Below are positions 28,582-38,473 of a DNA stretch of 64,000 nucleotides, in pieces. Position 1 is the stretch's first letter. Every line of letters starts with the position of its first letter. Below the pieces are notes generated by a model, which was not told the DNA's origin, made no database searches, and saw only the letters and a program-made list of their open reading frames with translations. Source of the DNA: Gemmatimonadota bacterium. Its GTDB lineage: Bacteria; Gemmatimonadota; Gemmatimonadetes; Gemmatimonadales; Gemmatimonadaceae. The translations under genes were made by a program, and so were the position numbers. The DNA is taken from positions 49,800 through 113,799 of the forward strand of contig JAZJZK010000027.1 of assembly GCA_040389905.1 (NCBI GenBank), in the 5' to 3' direction.

Positions 28582-29415
28582 ATGATTGACGACGTAGCGC
28601 GCGGACGCGGGCGCGCATTCCCGCCGACACGCAAGAGTCTCGGGCAACACTTTCTCACCGACCGCCGCATCCTCGGTCGCATCGCGGATGCGCTGCACCT
28701 TGCGGGCGACGAAACCGTGCTCGAGATCGGGCCCGGTCGTGGCGCGCTCACCGACATTCTCGCCGAGCGCGTGGAGCGCGGACGGTTGGTCGCGATCGAG
28801 TATGACAGGGCGCTCGCCGAGATGCTCCGGCAACGCTACGCGAAGCGAAGCAATGTGCTCATCGCGGAAGCCGACGTTCTCGAAGTCTCGCTCGGTGAGC
28901 TCGCTGCAGGGCCATACGTCCTCGTCGGCAACGTGCCGTACTACATCACCACGCCGATTCTCTTCCATGCGCTCGTTCCTCCGCGCGCGCAGCGCTCCGT
29001 ATACCTCGTGCAGCGAGAGGTTGCGGACCGGCTTGTGTCGAAGCCGGGCTCGAAGGAGTATGGCGCGCTTACCGTGAATGTCGCTGCGATTGCACGCGCT
29101 GAATTCATGTTCGCCGTGCCGGCGGGCGCCTTCGTTCCGCCACCGAAAGTGGAGAGCGCTGTCGTGCGAATTACGCCGCTCGACGTCGCGCTCGTCGCGC
29201 CGGAGGAAGAGCGCCCATTTCGCCTGCTCGTCCAGGGCGCGTTCGGCATGCGCCGCAAGCAGATGCGACGGGTGTTGCGTTCACTCTATGCTGTGGATGC
29301 AGATGCTGCGGACGCCGTGCTGACGACGGCCGGGATCGATCCTCAGGCGAGGCCCGAGACGCTGTCGCCGGAACAGTTCGCGATCATCCTGCGCGCCTTC
29401 GCCCGACCCTCCTAA
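28582..29415 (+). CDS. rsmA: 16S rRNA dimethyladenosine transferase
   Basis: KSLGQHFL, LEIGPGRG, GNVPYYIT, PPPKVES. Confidence 0.95.
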   Translation: MIDDVARGRGRAFPPTRKSLGQHFLTDRRILGRIADALHLAGDETVLEIGPGRGALTDILAERVERGRLVAIEYDRALAEMLRQRYAKRSNVLIAEADVLEVSLGELAAGPYVLVGNVPYYITTPILFHALVPPRAQRSVYLVQREVADRLVSKPGSKEYGALTVNVAAIARAEFMFAVPAGAFVPPPKVESAVVRITPLDVALVAPEEERPFRLLVQGAFGMRRKQMRRVLRSLYAVDADAADAVLTTAGIDPQARPETLSPEQFAIILRAFARPS

Positions 29416-30035
29416 TCTTTGTTGGTCAACGCGAACGTCAGCCCTTCGAGCTCCATCGCCATGTTCACCGTCTTCACCGTCACGTCCGATGGTGCGGTCA
29501 GCTGTGCTGGGGCGAAGTTGAGGACGGCCTTGATGCCGGCCACCGCCACGCGATCCAGCACTTTCTGCGCATCCTCCGTTGGGATGGCGAGCACCGCGAT
29601 GTCAGGCGGCTCAGTTCCGACATCCCCCTCGAACCGAGCCATGTCACGGATCTCGATGCCCTCGAGCGTCTTTCCGATCTTCTCTCGGTTGGTATCGTAT
29701 GCGGCGACGATGGTGAATCCGCGCTGGCGGAAGCCTCGATACTGGGCCAGCGCCGCGCCGATTTTGCCGGCACCAATGATGACGACGCGCCACTCCCGGC
29801 CGAGCCCCAGTATCTCTCGCAGGGCCGTTCCGAGTTCCGGCACAGAATACCCGAGTCCTCGCTTCCCGAAGGAACCGAAGAACGAGAGATCCTTGCGCAC
29901 CTGCGCCGAGGTCGTGCCCCCGCGCCGGGCGAGCTCCTCGCTCGAAACAGTCGCCAATCCACGCCCCTCGAATTCCTCGAGAAAGCGCAGGTAGATGGAA
30001 AGTCGTCTGACGGTGGAATCGGCGATGCGTTTCAA
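29412..30035 (-). CDS. rex: Redox-sensing repressor Rex
   Basis: RRLSIYLR, QVRKDLSFFGSFGKRGLGY, GAGKIG; TTG 30035 preferred because the GTG at 30065 lies inside the operator. Confidence 0.94.
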   Translation of the reverse strand: MKRIADSTVRRLSIYLRFLEEFEGRGLATVSSEELARRGGTTSAQVRKDLSFFGSFGKRGLGYSVPELGTALREILGLGREWRVVIIGAGKIGAALAQYRGFRQRGFTIVAAYDTNREKIGKTLEGIEIRDMARFEGDVGTEPPDIAVLAIPTEDAQKVLDRVAVAGIKAVLNFAPAQLTAPSDVTVKTVNMAMELEGLTFALTNKD

Positions 30036-30049
30036 GGGCGCGACAAGGC

Positions 30050-30067
30050 TTGTGAATGAATTCACAA
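30050..30067. promoter_or_regulatory. Rex operator
   Basis: TTGTGAA-TGAA-TTCACAA, matches the Rex consensus TTGTGAA-N4-TTCACAA. Confidence 0.92.
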
Positions 30068-30179
30068 GGTAGCGGGTTTTTCCATGGACACCAAGGCTGC
30101 TACCCCCAGAGAGCCAACCCGTTGCAGCGCATAACTATGCAAGTGGACGCGGCCTACACCATCGGGTTATCTTCGGGCG

Positions 30180-31415
30180 ATGACCGTCCATGTCACTTCG
30201 GAGATCGGGCGCCTCCGGTCCGTCATTGTACACACGCCAGGCGCAGAGCTTCTCGGCGTCACCCCGGCCACGCGCGAGGCCTATCTGTACGACGACCTTC
30301 CGGACGCCGAGCAGGCGCGGAAGGAGCACCGCCGGTTCAGCGCGGTGCTCGAGCGATTCTGCCAGGTGCTCGAGGTGCGCGATCTTCTGGCCGACGTCCT
30401 GGAGAACGCGGAGACGCGCGAGCTGTTGGTGCGCGAGACGATGAACATCGTCCCCAGCGAGCCACTCGCTCGCGAGATTAGCGCGCTCCCGGCACCGGAG
30501 CTCGTCACGATGCTCATCGAGGGGCGCGTGGAAACCCCGGGGCCATTGGCTCGCACCCTCAACGAGTTCGGCTTCGAGCTTCCACCGTTGCCCAACCTCT
30601 TCTTCACCCGCGACTCGGCCATGAGTGTGGGACGGCACGTGCTGGTTGGCTCCATGCGGTATGGCATCCGCTGGCCCGAAGAGCTGATCATGAAGGCGCT
30701 GTTCCGCTATCACCCGCTGCTGCGGAACGAGGGGATTCTCTACGACGGATCCACCGAACGCCGGCTCAACTACACGCTCGAGGGCGGCGACGTTCATCCG
30801 CTGCGCGAGGACCTCGTCGTCATCGGCTTCAGCGAGCGTTCGAGCCCAGGGGCAATCGACCACCTCGTGTCGCTACTCTTTGCGAACACGCGCGTTACGG
30901 ACATCATCATCGTCGTGATGCCGAAGGAGAACACGGCCATTCACCTCGACATGATCTTCACGCAGGTCGACCGCGATCTGTGCGTGTGTTTCGCTCCGCA
31001 CTTCCGAGGTCCGGAACGACTGAGCGTGTTGCATTGGAAGAAGGGAGACGAAACCCTCCACGAGTGTGCCGACATCTTCGCCGCGTTGCGCGATTGCGGG
31101 ATGCCGATGACGCCGATCTTCGCAGGCGGCGAGCGACGCATTGTTCAGGAGCGGGAGCAGTGGGCCTCCGGGTGCAATTTCGTCGCATTGCAGCCTGGTG
31201 TCGTGTTGTCCTACGCTCGCAACGTCGGCACCTTGCGCGAGATGGAGCGGGCGGGATTCACAGTGGTCTCGGGCGTCAACTATCTCACGGGAGACACGCG
31301 TCTCGCCGATGGCGAACGGGCGGTGATCACGTTCGATGGCGCCGAGTTGGTGCGTGGCGGCGGCGGGCCACGGTGCATGACGTGTCCCGTGGAGCGCGAC
31401 GACCCGTGGAGCTGA
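30180..31415 (+). CDS. arcA: Arginine deiminase
   Basis: SEIGRL, PNLFFTRD, LEGGD, IHLD, GGGGPRCMT. Confidence 0.9.
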   Translation: MTVHVTSEIGRLRSVIVHTPGAELLGVTPATREAYLYDDLPDAEQARKEHRRFSAVLERFCQVLEVRDLLADVLENAETRELLVRETMNIVPSEPLAREISALPAPELVTMLIEGRVETPGPLARTLNEFGFELPPLPNLFFTRDSAMSVGRHVLVGSMRYGIRWPEELIMKALFRYHPLLRNEGILYDGSTERRLNYTLEGGDVHPLREDLVVIGFSERSSPGAIDHLVSLLFANTRVTDIIIVVMPKENTAIHLDMIFTQVDRDLCVCFAPHFRGPERLSVLHWKKGDETLHECADIFAALRDCGMPMTPIFAGGERRIVQEREQWASGCNFVALQPGVVLSYARNVGTLREMERAGFTVVSGVNYLTGDTRLADGERAVITFDGAELVRGGGGPRCMTCPVERDDPWS

Positions 31416-32371
31416 TTCCCGTCGATCCGGTGTCGGGAATGCGCGTGGCCGCGGATCAACCCGCGGGCGTCGGAACGCATGCGGGATCGAGTCTGCTGGT
31501 CGATCGTGCGGCGGACTTTCTGAAGGCAGGCCCCGCGTCGTCGCAAGTATTGGTAGCGTCCGTCTGTCAACTGTCGGCACTTCCTGCCGCGATCGCGGAA
31601 CATATGGCGGTAACGCTGCTGCGCGACCAGCCTCGATTTCATCGCACGGGTGATGGCGGTTGGCGTCTGGGCGAACCCGCGCCGCCGGTGTGGCCTGGTC
31701 GCGGCGTCTCGGATGAACCACTGCTGACGGAGCTGTCATTTGCGGTCGTCGATACTGAGACGACTGGCGGGACATCCTACATCAACGACCGGATCACCGA
31801 GATCGCGGTGGTCATCGTGCGCAACGGTGCGATTCAGAGCGTGTACGAAACGCTGGTCAATCCAGAACGGGCGATCTCGCCCTTCGTGTCACGCTTGACC
31901 AACATCACCTGGAACATGGTGAGCGACAAGAAGCCCTTTCGCGGGATCTGCGACGACGTGCTCGCTGCCCTCGAGGGACACATTTTCGTTGCGCATAACG
32001 CGGCGTTCGACTGGCGCTTCATAAGTGCCGAGTTGACGAGGACGAATGGCCGGGTGTTGACCGGTCGTCGTCTGTGCACGGTGCGACTCGCGAAGCGCTT
32101 GCTTCCGCAGCTTCGGAAAGTGTCGCTCGATTGGGTGGCGGGATTCTATGGCGTGGAAATTCCGCACGGGCGCCGGCATCGCGCCGGTGGCGACGCGATT
32201 GCCACGGCCGAGTGTCTCATCCGAATGCTCAAGGATGCGCGCGGCCACGGGTGCGAGCGCTGGTCGGACCTGGAACGGTTTCTTTCGACCGGCAGCGCGT
32301 CGCGGAAGAAGAAACGACGGCGGCGGCCGCTCGCGATGCCGCAGCCGGTCAGCAAGGACACGACGGCGTAG
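31406..32371 (+). CDS. DEDDh 3'-5' exonuclease (DnaQ/PolC-like) with N-terminal extension
   Basis: VVDTETTG, HNAAFD, HRAGGDA; start uncertain (GTG 31406 or ATG 31439). Confidence 0.85.
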   Translation: MELIPVDPVSGMRVAADQPAGVGTHAGSSLLVDRAADFLKAGPASSQVLVASVCQLSALPAAIAEHMAVTLLRDQPRFHRTGDGGWRLGEPAPPVWPGRGVSDEPLLTELSFAVVDTETTGGTSYINDRITEIAVVIVRNGAIQSVYETLVNPERAISPFVSRLTNITWNMVSDKKPFRGICDDVLAALEGHIFVAHNAAFDWRFISAELTRTNGRVLTGRRLCTVRLAKRLLPQLRKVSLDWVAGFYGVEIPHGRRHRAGGDAIATAECLIRMLKDARGHGCERWSDLERFLSTGSASRKKKRRRRPLAMPQPVSKDTTA

Positions 32372-32396
32372 CGAGGAGTAACGGAACTGCTTTTGA

Positions 32397-32466
32397 ACCA
32401 CGGAGGACACAGAGAACACAGAGGACTGCATGTGCAGTTCTCCGTGACCTCTGTGTCCGCTATGGT
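32397..32466. repeat. 9-nt periodic palindrome, family C
   Basis: ACCACGGAGGACACAGAGAACACAGAG-GACTGCA-TG-TGCAGTT-CTCCGTGACCTCTGTGTCCGCTATGGT. Confidence 0.8.
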
Positions 32467-32488
32467 AAATTCATGTTGTCGTTGCGTA

Positions 32489-32533
32489 GTTCCGCGCGTT
32501 TTGTCGCCCTGCGCCGCGCGAAGGGCCCGCACC
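32489..32533 (-). repeat. Family B arm
   Basis: GTTCCGCGCGTTTTGTCGCCCTG..GCGAAGGGCCCGCACC. Confidence 0.8.
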
Positions 32534-32546
32534 TCACGAGGTTCTG

Positions 32547-33431
32547 TTGCCCCTACTTCCACTCGTCCAGACTCGAACTGTCGGCGAGCTCCGCGTCCAC
32601 GCATTGCAGGCGGGACTCCAGCGCCTGGACGGCGGCGCGATGTTCGGCGTCGTACCGAAATCGCTCTGGGAGCGAAAGATCCCTGCCGACGAGCGAAATC
32701 GAATTCCACTCGGCATGCGGTGTCTGCTCGTCGAGCATCCCGATGCGCTCGTGCTGATCGACACCGGTCTCGGGAACAAGGAGACCGGAAAGTTCGCGCA
32801 GATCTACGGCGTCGAGAACGAGCCCGTCGGCGGTGTGGGCCCGACGCAACTCGAGAGCGCGCTCGCCGAAGCGGGGTTTTCGCCGAACGATGTCACAATT
32901 GTGATCGATAGTCATCTGCATTTCGACCACGCCGGCGGGAACACGACGCGCGATGAGGCGGGCGCCATCGTTCCGTCCTTTCCGAACGCCCGGTACGTGG
33001 TGAGCCGCGGGGAGTGGGAGTGGGCGCATCACACGAACGAGCGCACCTCGGCGAGTTATTTCCCGCACAACTTCGATCCCATCGAGACAGCAGGCCTCCT
33101 CGAGCTTGTGGACAACGAGCACCATGTCCTTCCGGGCATCGAGCTGCGCCACACGCCGGGCCATACGCCGCACCACCTGGGGATTCTGATCACGTCAGGA
33201 TCCGAGCGGATGTTCTACGCGGCGGATATGGCTCCGACGACAGCCCACGTGCCGCTTCCCTGGATCATGGGGTACGACGTCGAGCCGCTTCGCACGTTGG
33301 AGTCGAAGCGCCGGATTTGGGCGGAGGCGGCGGATGAGGGGTGGACGGTGGTGTTCGAGCATGACTCGGTGAACGCATGGGCGCGGATCCATCGCGAGGG
33401 GAAGGGATACGTGTGCGAGCTGCAGCCGTAG
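32547..33431 (+). CDS. MBL-fold metallo-hydrolase (YtnP-like)
   Basis: LDGGAMFGVVPK, HLHFDHAGG, TPGHT, FEHD. Confidence 0.9.
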   Translation: MPLLPLVQTRTVGELRVHALQAGLQRLDGGAMFGVVPKSLWERKIPADERNRIPLGMRCLLVEHPDALVLIDTGLGNKETGKFAQIYGVENEPVGGVGPTQLESALAEAGFSPNDVTIVIDSHLHFDHAGGNTTRDEAGAIVPSFPNARYVVSRGEWEWAHHTNERTSASYFPHNFDPIETAGLLELVDNEHHVLPGIELRHTPGHTPHHLGILITSGSERMFYAADMAPTTAHVPLPWIMGYDVEPLRTLESKRRIWAEAADEGWTVVFEHDSVNAWARIHREGKGYVCELQP

Positions 33432-33505
33432 GCGTCAGAACGGCTGAGCCATCAGCTCGAGCTCTCAGCTCGTGTCTGCTCATTGCTCGAGGCTCACGCT
33501 CAGTC

Positions 33506-33533
33506 TTGACTTCCCCCCGAAATCGCCTAAGTT
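33506..33533 (+). promoter_or_regulatory. Putative sigma70 promoter of infC operon
   Basis: TTGACT-16nt-TAAGTT. Confidence 0.5.
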
Positions 33534-33668
33534 CCGCTGTGACAACCAGCTAAGCGATTTCTCCATGTGGGGAAATCCACCCTCTGGCCCTCGCGCGAGC
33601 GAGGCGTGCTACAGGAGTCAGTGATTCGCTCGGGCCCCCAGCCTGTTTGGTGGGCGTCGCGCGCTTTT

Positions 33669-33705
33669 TGCGGACTCTTCTCCAGAAGGTCCGCATTTTT
33701 GTTTT
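33669..33705 (+). terminator. Terminator-like hairpin in the infC leader (attenuator candidate)
   Basis: TGCGGAC-TCTTCT-CC-AGAAG-GTCCGCA followed by TTTTTGTTTT. Confidence 0.7.
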
Positions 33706-33726
33706 CTCTCTCCGAGGTATCCGAGT

Positions 33727-34242
33727 ATTCAGGACACCACCAAGCGTGTGCGGGTCAATCGCATGATTCGCATCAGCCCGGTCCGCGTGATCGGCGCCGA
33801 CGGTTCGCAACTCGGAATCCTCGAGGTGGACACGGCGCTCCGAATGGCGGAAGAAGCCGGGTTGGATCTCGTCGAAGTTGCCGCAACGGCTCGCCCCCCG
33901 GTCGTCCGCATCATGGACTACGGGAAATACAAGTTCGAAATGGCGAAGCAGGCGCGGGTCGCGAAGAAAAAGCAACACGTCATCGAGCTCAAGGAAGTGA
34001 AGTACCGCCCCGGCATCGATGACCACGATTTCGACACGAAGACACGGCACGCGCGCAGGTTCCTCGAGGAGAAGAACAAGGTCAAGGTCACGATGATGTT
34101 CCGTGGCCGGCAGGTCGCCCATCCCGAGCTCGGTCAGGCCGTGCTCGATCGGGTCAGCAGTGCACTCGCCGATATCGGCAAGATCGAAAGCGCCGGACGG
34201 CTGGAAGGGAAGTCCATGACGATGATTCTCACGCCCAAATAA
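33727..34242 (+). CDS. infC: Translation initiation factor IF-3
   Basis: RVNRMIR, LDLVEVA..PPVVRIMDYGK; in-frame ATT start 8 nt after GAGGT. Confidence 0.95.
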   Translation: MQDTTKRVRVNRMIRISPVRVIGADGSQLGILEVDTALRMAEEAGLDLVEVAATARPPVVRIMDYGKYKFEMAKQARVAKKKQHVIELKEVKYRPGIDDHDFDTKTRHARRFLEEKNKVKVTMMFRGRQVAHPELGQAVLDRVSSALADIGKIESAGRLEGKSMTMILTPK

Positions 34243-34254
34243 AGGGTTCGTGCT

Positions 34255-34455
34255 ATGCCGAAAATGAAGACGCACAAGGGCGCTGCAAAGCGCTTCAGGG
34301 TAACCGGTTCGGGAAAGGTCAAGCGCTACAAGGCGTTCAAGAGCCACATCCTTACCAAGAAGACCTCCAAGCGGAAGCGGAATCTGCGCCAGGCTGGATT
34401 GATCGCCACGAACGGCGAACAGAAGCGAATCAAGCGCCTGATTCAGGCCGCGTAA
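34255..34455 (+). CDS. rpmI: 50S ribosomal protein L35
   Basis: [14 protein letters not shown]. Confidence 0.97.
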   Translation: MPKMKTHKGAAKRFRVTGSGKVKRYKAFKSHILTKKTSKRKRNLRQAGLIATNGEQKRIKRLIQAA

Positions 34456-34469
34456 CAGGAGCTTAGACT

Positions 34470-34835
34470 ATGCCACGCGCAGTATCCAACGTCCCGCGCC
34501 TCAAGCGGAAGAAGCAAATCCTCAAGCACGCCCGCGGCGCCTTTGGCGGACGCTCCAAGCTGTGGAAGGCAGCCAAGGAAACCGTCGAGCGCGGCTGGGT
34601 GTACGCCTATCGGGATCGCAAGAACAAGAAGCGCGATTTCCGGAAGCTCTGGATCGTCCGCATCAACGCGGCCGCACGCCAGAACGACATGTCGTACTCG
34701 GTGTTCATGAACGGCCTCAAGCTCTCGGGCATCGAGATCGACCGGAAGATCCTGGCCGACATCGCCGTCCGCGACCCACAGGCGTTTGCAGCGATCGCCG
34801 ATGCGGCGCGCGCCGCGCTGAACGCTGCCGCGTAG
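34470..34835 (+). CDS. rplT: 50S ribosomal protein L20
   Basis: [24 protein letters not shown]. Confidence 0.97.
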   Translation: MPRAVSNVPRLKRKKQILKHARGAFGGRSKLWKAAKETVERGWVYAYRDRKNKKRDFRKLWIVRINAAARQNDMSYSVFMNGLKLSGIEIDRKILADIAVRDPQAFAAIADAARAALNAAA

Positions 34836-34853
34836 GTAATCCTTCGCAGGCAC

Positions 34854-34891
34854 TCGGCGGCGGCGCGACCCTTCGGTCACGCCGCCGCCGA
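34854..34891 (+). terminator. GC hairpin after rplT
   Basis: TCGGCGGCGGCG-CGACC-CTTC-GGTCA-CGCCGCCGCCGA; poor U-tract. Confidence 0.5.
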
Positions 34892-34997
34892 ATCGTTTCA
34901 GGCTGCCCCACCGTCGGGGATCGCCGCGGGTGGGGTCAGAGTTGTTGAAAAATGGTACGGGATCCTGCGGGGCTTTGACCATCATCAGCGCGAGAAC

Positions 34998-36026
34998 ATG
35001 ACGATCGACGAATACAAGACACGAGCAGAAGTACACAAGGCCGAGGCGAGCGCGCAAATACTCGCGGCGGAGACGACGAACGCGCTCGAGGAAGCGCGCA
35101 CCGCAGTCTGGTCGCGCACGGTGCAGCAGTCGTTCAGCAAGGCACTCGGCGAGCTTCCCGCGGAGGACCGCCGCGAGGCAGGTCGTGTGTTCAATGAGCT
35201 GAAAGAACATGTCGACGGGGTGCTCGCGGCTCAGCAGGCGACCATCGACGCATCGAGCCGAGCGACGGCAGGGCCGCCGTTCGACCTCACCATGCCCGCG
35301 CGTCAGCGCTGGCAGGGCGCGAAGCATCCCGTCACGCTCGTCATCGACGAGATCGTCGCCATCTTCCGCGAACTCGGCTTCACCGTCGCACTTGGTCCGG
35401 AAAGCGAATCGGAGTGGTATAACTTCGGAGCGCTGAATTTCCCGGCCGACCACCCGGCGATGGACATGCACGACACCTTCTACCTCGGCGAGGCGGCGCT
35501 GTTGCGCACGCATACCTCGCCGGTGCAGATCCGCACGCTCCAGAGCTACGCGCCGCCCATTCGCATTCTCGCGCCAGGCACGGTGTATCGTCGCGATCCA
35601 TTCGACGCGTCGCACGCGCCGGCATTCCCACAGTTGGAAGGGCTTGCAGTTGACGAAGGCATCTCCTTCGTCGACCTCAAGGCGACGCTGATGCATTTCG
35701 CCGAGAAGTTCTTCGGCAAGACGCGCACGCGCTTTCGGCCGAGCTACTTCCCGTTCACGGAGCCGTCCGCGGAGATGGACGTGGAATGCGTGCTCTGCGC
35801 TGGCGCCGGCTGCTCCGCGTGCAAGGGCACCGGATGGATGGAAATCCTTGGATCGGGCATGGTGCATCCGTCCGTGCTCGAAGCCACCGGGATCGACAGC
35901 GAGCGATACACCGGCTGGGCCTTCGGCATGGGACCCGGCCGCATGGCCATGCTGCGGTATGGCATTCCGGACATTCGTCTGCTGTACGATTCCGACGTTC
36001 GCTTTCTCGCGCAGGTGGCAGAATGA
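34998..36026 (+). CDS. pheS: Phenylalanyl-tRNA synthetase alpha
   Basis: HPAMDMHDTF, LLRTHTSP, YFPFTEPS, GWAFGMG. Confidence 0.96.
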   Translation: MTIDEYKTRAEVHKAEASAQILAAETTNALEEARTAVWSRTVQQSFSKALGELPAEDRREAGRVFNELKEHVDGVLAAQQATIDASSRATAGPPFDLTMPARQRWQGAKHPVTLVIDEIVAIFRELGFTVALGPESESEWYNFGALNFPADHPAMDMHDTFYLGEAALLRTHTSPVQIRTLQSYAPPIRILAPGTVYRRDPFDASHAPAFPQLEGLAVDEGISFVDLKATLMHFAEKFFGKTRTRFRPSYFPFTEPSAEMDVECVLCAGAGCSACKGTGWMEILGSGMVHPSVLEATGIDSERYTGWAFGMGPGRMAMLRYGIPDIRLLYDSDVRFLAQVAE

Positions 36027-38473
36027 ATACGTCCGTCGCATGGCTCAATGCGTTCCTCGATTCGCCGAAAACGGCGGTCGAGTTGCGCGACCTGCTCACC
36101 GCGCACACCGCGACGGTCGAGGAGTTGATTGCGCTGCGCGCCGATCTGGCCTCGATCGTCGTCGCGAAGGTCATTACCGAAGCGCCGCATCCGGACTCCG
36201 ATCACCTCCACATCACCAAGGTGGACGACGGCAGCGGTGAGTTGCTCGACGTGGTGTGCGGCGCACCGAACGTGACGGCAGGGAAGTTCTATCCCTTCGC
36301 GCGAACGGGAACGACGCTTCCGGGTGGGCTCACGCTCACGAAGAGAAAGATCCGCGGCCAGACGTCGAACGGCATGTTGTGCTCAGCGCGCGAGCTCGAA
36401 CTCGGCGACGAACATGATGGCATCATGGAACTCGATGTCGATGTCGCGCCAGGCACGCCGTTCCTCGAAGCGGTTTCAGTCGGCGACACGCGGCTTATCG
36501 TCGACGTGCTGCCGAATCGGCCGGACCTGCTGTCGCACCTGGGCGTCGCGCGCGAAATCAGTGCGCTCACGGGCGCGTCGCTTTCGCTGCCCGACATCGG
36601 CGCGACGAACGTCGTCATCCCAGAGGCCAAGCGCTTCCGTCGCGCTGGCAACGCGGGCGGCATCGTGCTGCATCTCGAAGATGCGAAACTCGCGACGCGC
36701 TTCATGGGCATTGTCATCCGCGGCGTGAAAGTTGGTCCGAGTCCGGCATGGCTCGTCGAACGGCTGATCGCCGTCGGCTCGCGCTCGATCAACAACGTGG
36801 TCGATGCCACGAACTACGTGCTGCACGAGCTCGGTCAGCCAACACACGCCTATGATTTCGCGAAGATCGACCCCGAGCCGAAGATGCCGGAGAAGACGAT
36901 CGTCGTGCGGTCTGCCAAGAATGGTGAGACGCTCGTCACGCTCGACGGCGTGACGCGGACGCTCACGCCCGAGATGTCCGTGATCGCCGACTCGGTGAAT
37001 GCCATCGGGATCGCGGGTGTCATGGGTGGACGTGACACGGAGGTGACCGAGGAAACGACCGACGTGTTCGTGGAGGCGGCAACCTTCGACGCACCGCGCA
37101 CGCGTCGCACACGTCGCGCGGCCGGTCTGTCGACGGACGCGAGCTACCGCTTCGAACGCGGGGTGGACGTCGCGCTCGCACCGCGTGCGCTCGAGCGCGT
37201 CGCGTCACTCATCGTCTCTCTCGCGGGAGGAACCGTCGTTCACGAGCCTGTTGATCTCCACGCTGGCGAAGCGAAGCGCGTTCCACTTGTGCTGCGGACT
37301 TCGCGCGTTGCCCGCGTCCTTGGCGTGGCGCTCGACGCTGCGCGGATCGCTGAGTTGCTTCGCCTGATCGGTTGCACGGCGGACGCCGAGGATGGAGGCA
37401 CGATCGTGCACGTGGTCGCCCCAACATGGAGGCGCGACCTTGTGTCCGAGGCGGACCTCATCGAGGAAATCGCGCGCTTGCACGGCTACGACGCCCTGCC
37501 GACCGATATTCGTCCATATCGTCCGGGCACATCGAGCGATGCGCCGTTGTGGACGTTGTCGGCCAAGCTGCGCGAGCTGCTGTCAGGCGCGGGTTTCCTC
37601 GAAGCGCGCCCGATTCCCTTCGTGGCTGGCGGGGAAGGACACGTGCGCATTTCGAATCCTCTTGCCGAAAACGAAGGGCACCTTCGCCGCACCTTGCTCG
37701 AAACGCTCGCTCGGCGCGCCGAGCACAACCTCGCGCACATGCAGGGGAATGTACGGCTGTACGAGATCGGGTCGGTGTTCGCGCCTGGAGCAGAAGCACT
37801 TCCGCTCGAGACAGTGAACGTCGCACTCCTCCTCATGGGAGATCGGGATCCCGCGCATTTCACCAACGCGAAGCCTGCGCGGTTCGACGCGTGGGATGCC
37901 AAGGGACTCGCTGCAGCGGTTGCCACGGCGGCATTCGGCAACGCGATACTCGAGCCGAGCGCGGACGGTGGCGACGTGCTGTGGAATGTCGTCGTCGGTG
38001 GTCAGCGACGCGGTATCGTGACCCGCGTTGCGCTGGATGCGCCCGTCTGGGCGTCGCCGGCGTTCGGGGTGGAAATCGAGCTCAGTGCACTGTCGAACGC
38101 GGATATTGCGCCGGCGGGCGAGCACGCGCACGGCGCCGTCGCGCCAGAGCCGCCACGGGCGGTTTCGAAGTATCGCGCCCTGCCGACGACGCCGGCGTCG
38201 GTATTCGATCTCGCGCTCCTCGTCCCCGAAACGGTGATTGCCGCGGACGTCGAACGCGTGATCCGGTCGTCGGCAGGAGAATTGCTCGAACAGCTGATGG
38301 CGTTCGATGTGTATGAGGGCGCGGGGGTTGATGCCGGGCACCGATCGGTGGCGTGGCGGTTGACCTTACGGCATCCTGAGCGCACTCTACGAGATAAGGA
38401 AATCGAAGGAAGGCGGGCGAAAATCCTCACAGCGCTCCAGAGTGAGCTGAATGTCCGACAGCGTTCGACCTGA
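36023..38473 (+). CDS. pheT: Phenylalanyl-tRNA synthetase beta
   Basis: VVCGAPN, SNGMLCS, PNRPDLLS, DASYRFERG, FDX-ACB tail. Confidence 0.95.
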   Translation: MNTSVAWLNAFLDSPKTAVELRDLLTAHTATVEELIALRADLASIVVAKVITEAPHPDSDHLHITKVDDGSGELLDVVCGAPNVTAGKFYPFARTGTTLPGGLTLTKRKIRGQTSNGMLCSARELELGDEHDGIMELDVDVAPGTPFLEAVSVGDTRLIVDVLPNRPDLLSHLGVAREISALTGASLSLPDIGATNVVIPEAKRFRRAGNAGGIVLHLEDAKLATRFMGIVIRGVKVGPSPAWLVERLIAVGSRSINNVVDATNYVLHELGQPTHAYDFAKIDPEPKMPEKTIVVRSAKNGETLVTLDGVTRTLTPEMSVIADSVNAIGIAGVMGGRDTEVTEETTDVFVEAATFDAPRTRRTRRAAGLSTDASYRFERGVDVALAPRALERVASLIVSLAGGTVVHEPVDLHAGEAKRVPLVLRTSRVARVLGVALDAARIAELLRLIGCTADAEDGGTIVHVVAPTWRRDLVSEADLIEEIARLHGYDALPTDIRPYRPGTSSDAPLWTLSAKLRELLSGAGFLEARPIPFVAGGEGHVRISNPLAENEGHLRRTLLETLARRAEHNLAHMQGNVRLYEIGSVFAPGAEALPLETVNVALLLMGDRDPAHFTNAKPARFDAWDAKGLAAAVATAAFGNAILEPSADGGDVLWNVVVGGQRRGIVTRVALDAPVWASPAFGVEIELSALSNADIAPAGEHAHGAVAPEPPRAVSKYRALPTTPASVFDLALLVPETVIAADVERVIRSSAGELLEQLMAFDVYEGAGVDAGHRSVAWRLTLRHPERTLRDKEIEGRRAKILTALQSELNVRQRST

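Noticed and set aside
33444..33503. GCTC-rich quasi-repeat after the MBL gene
   Set aside because: Irregular period, single copy, too weak to call.
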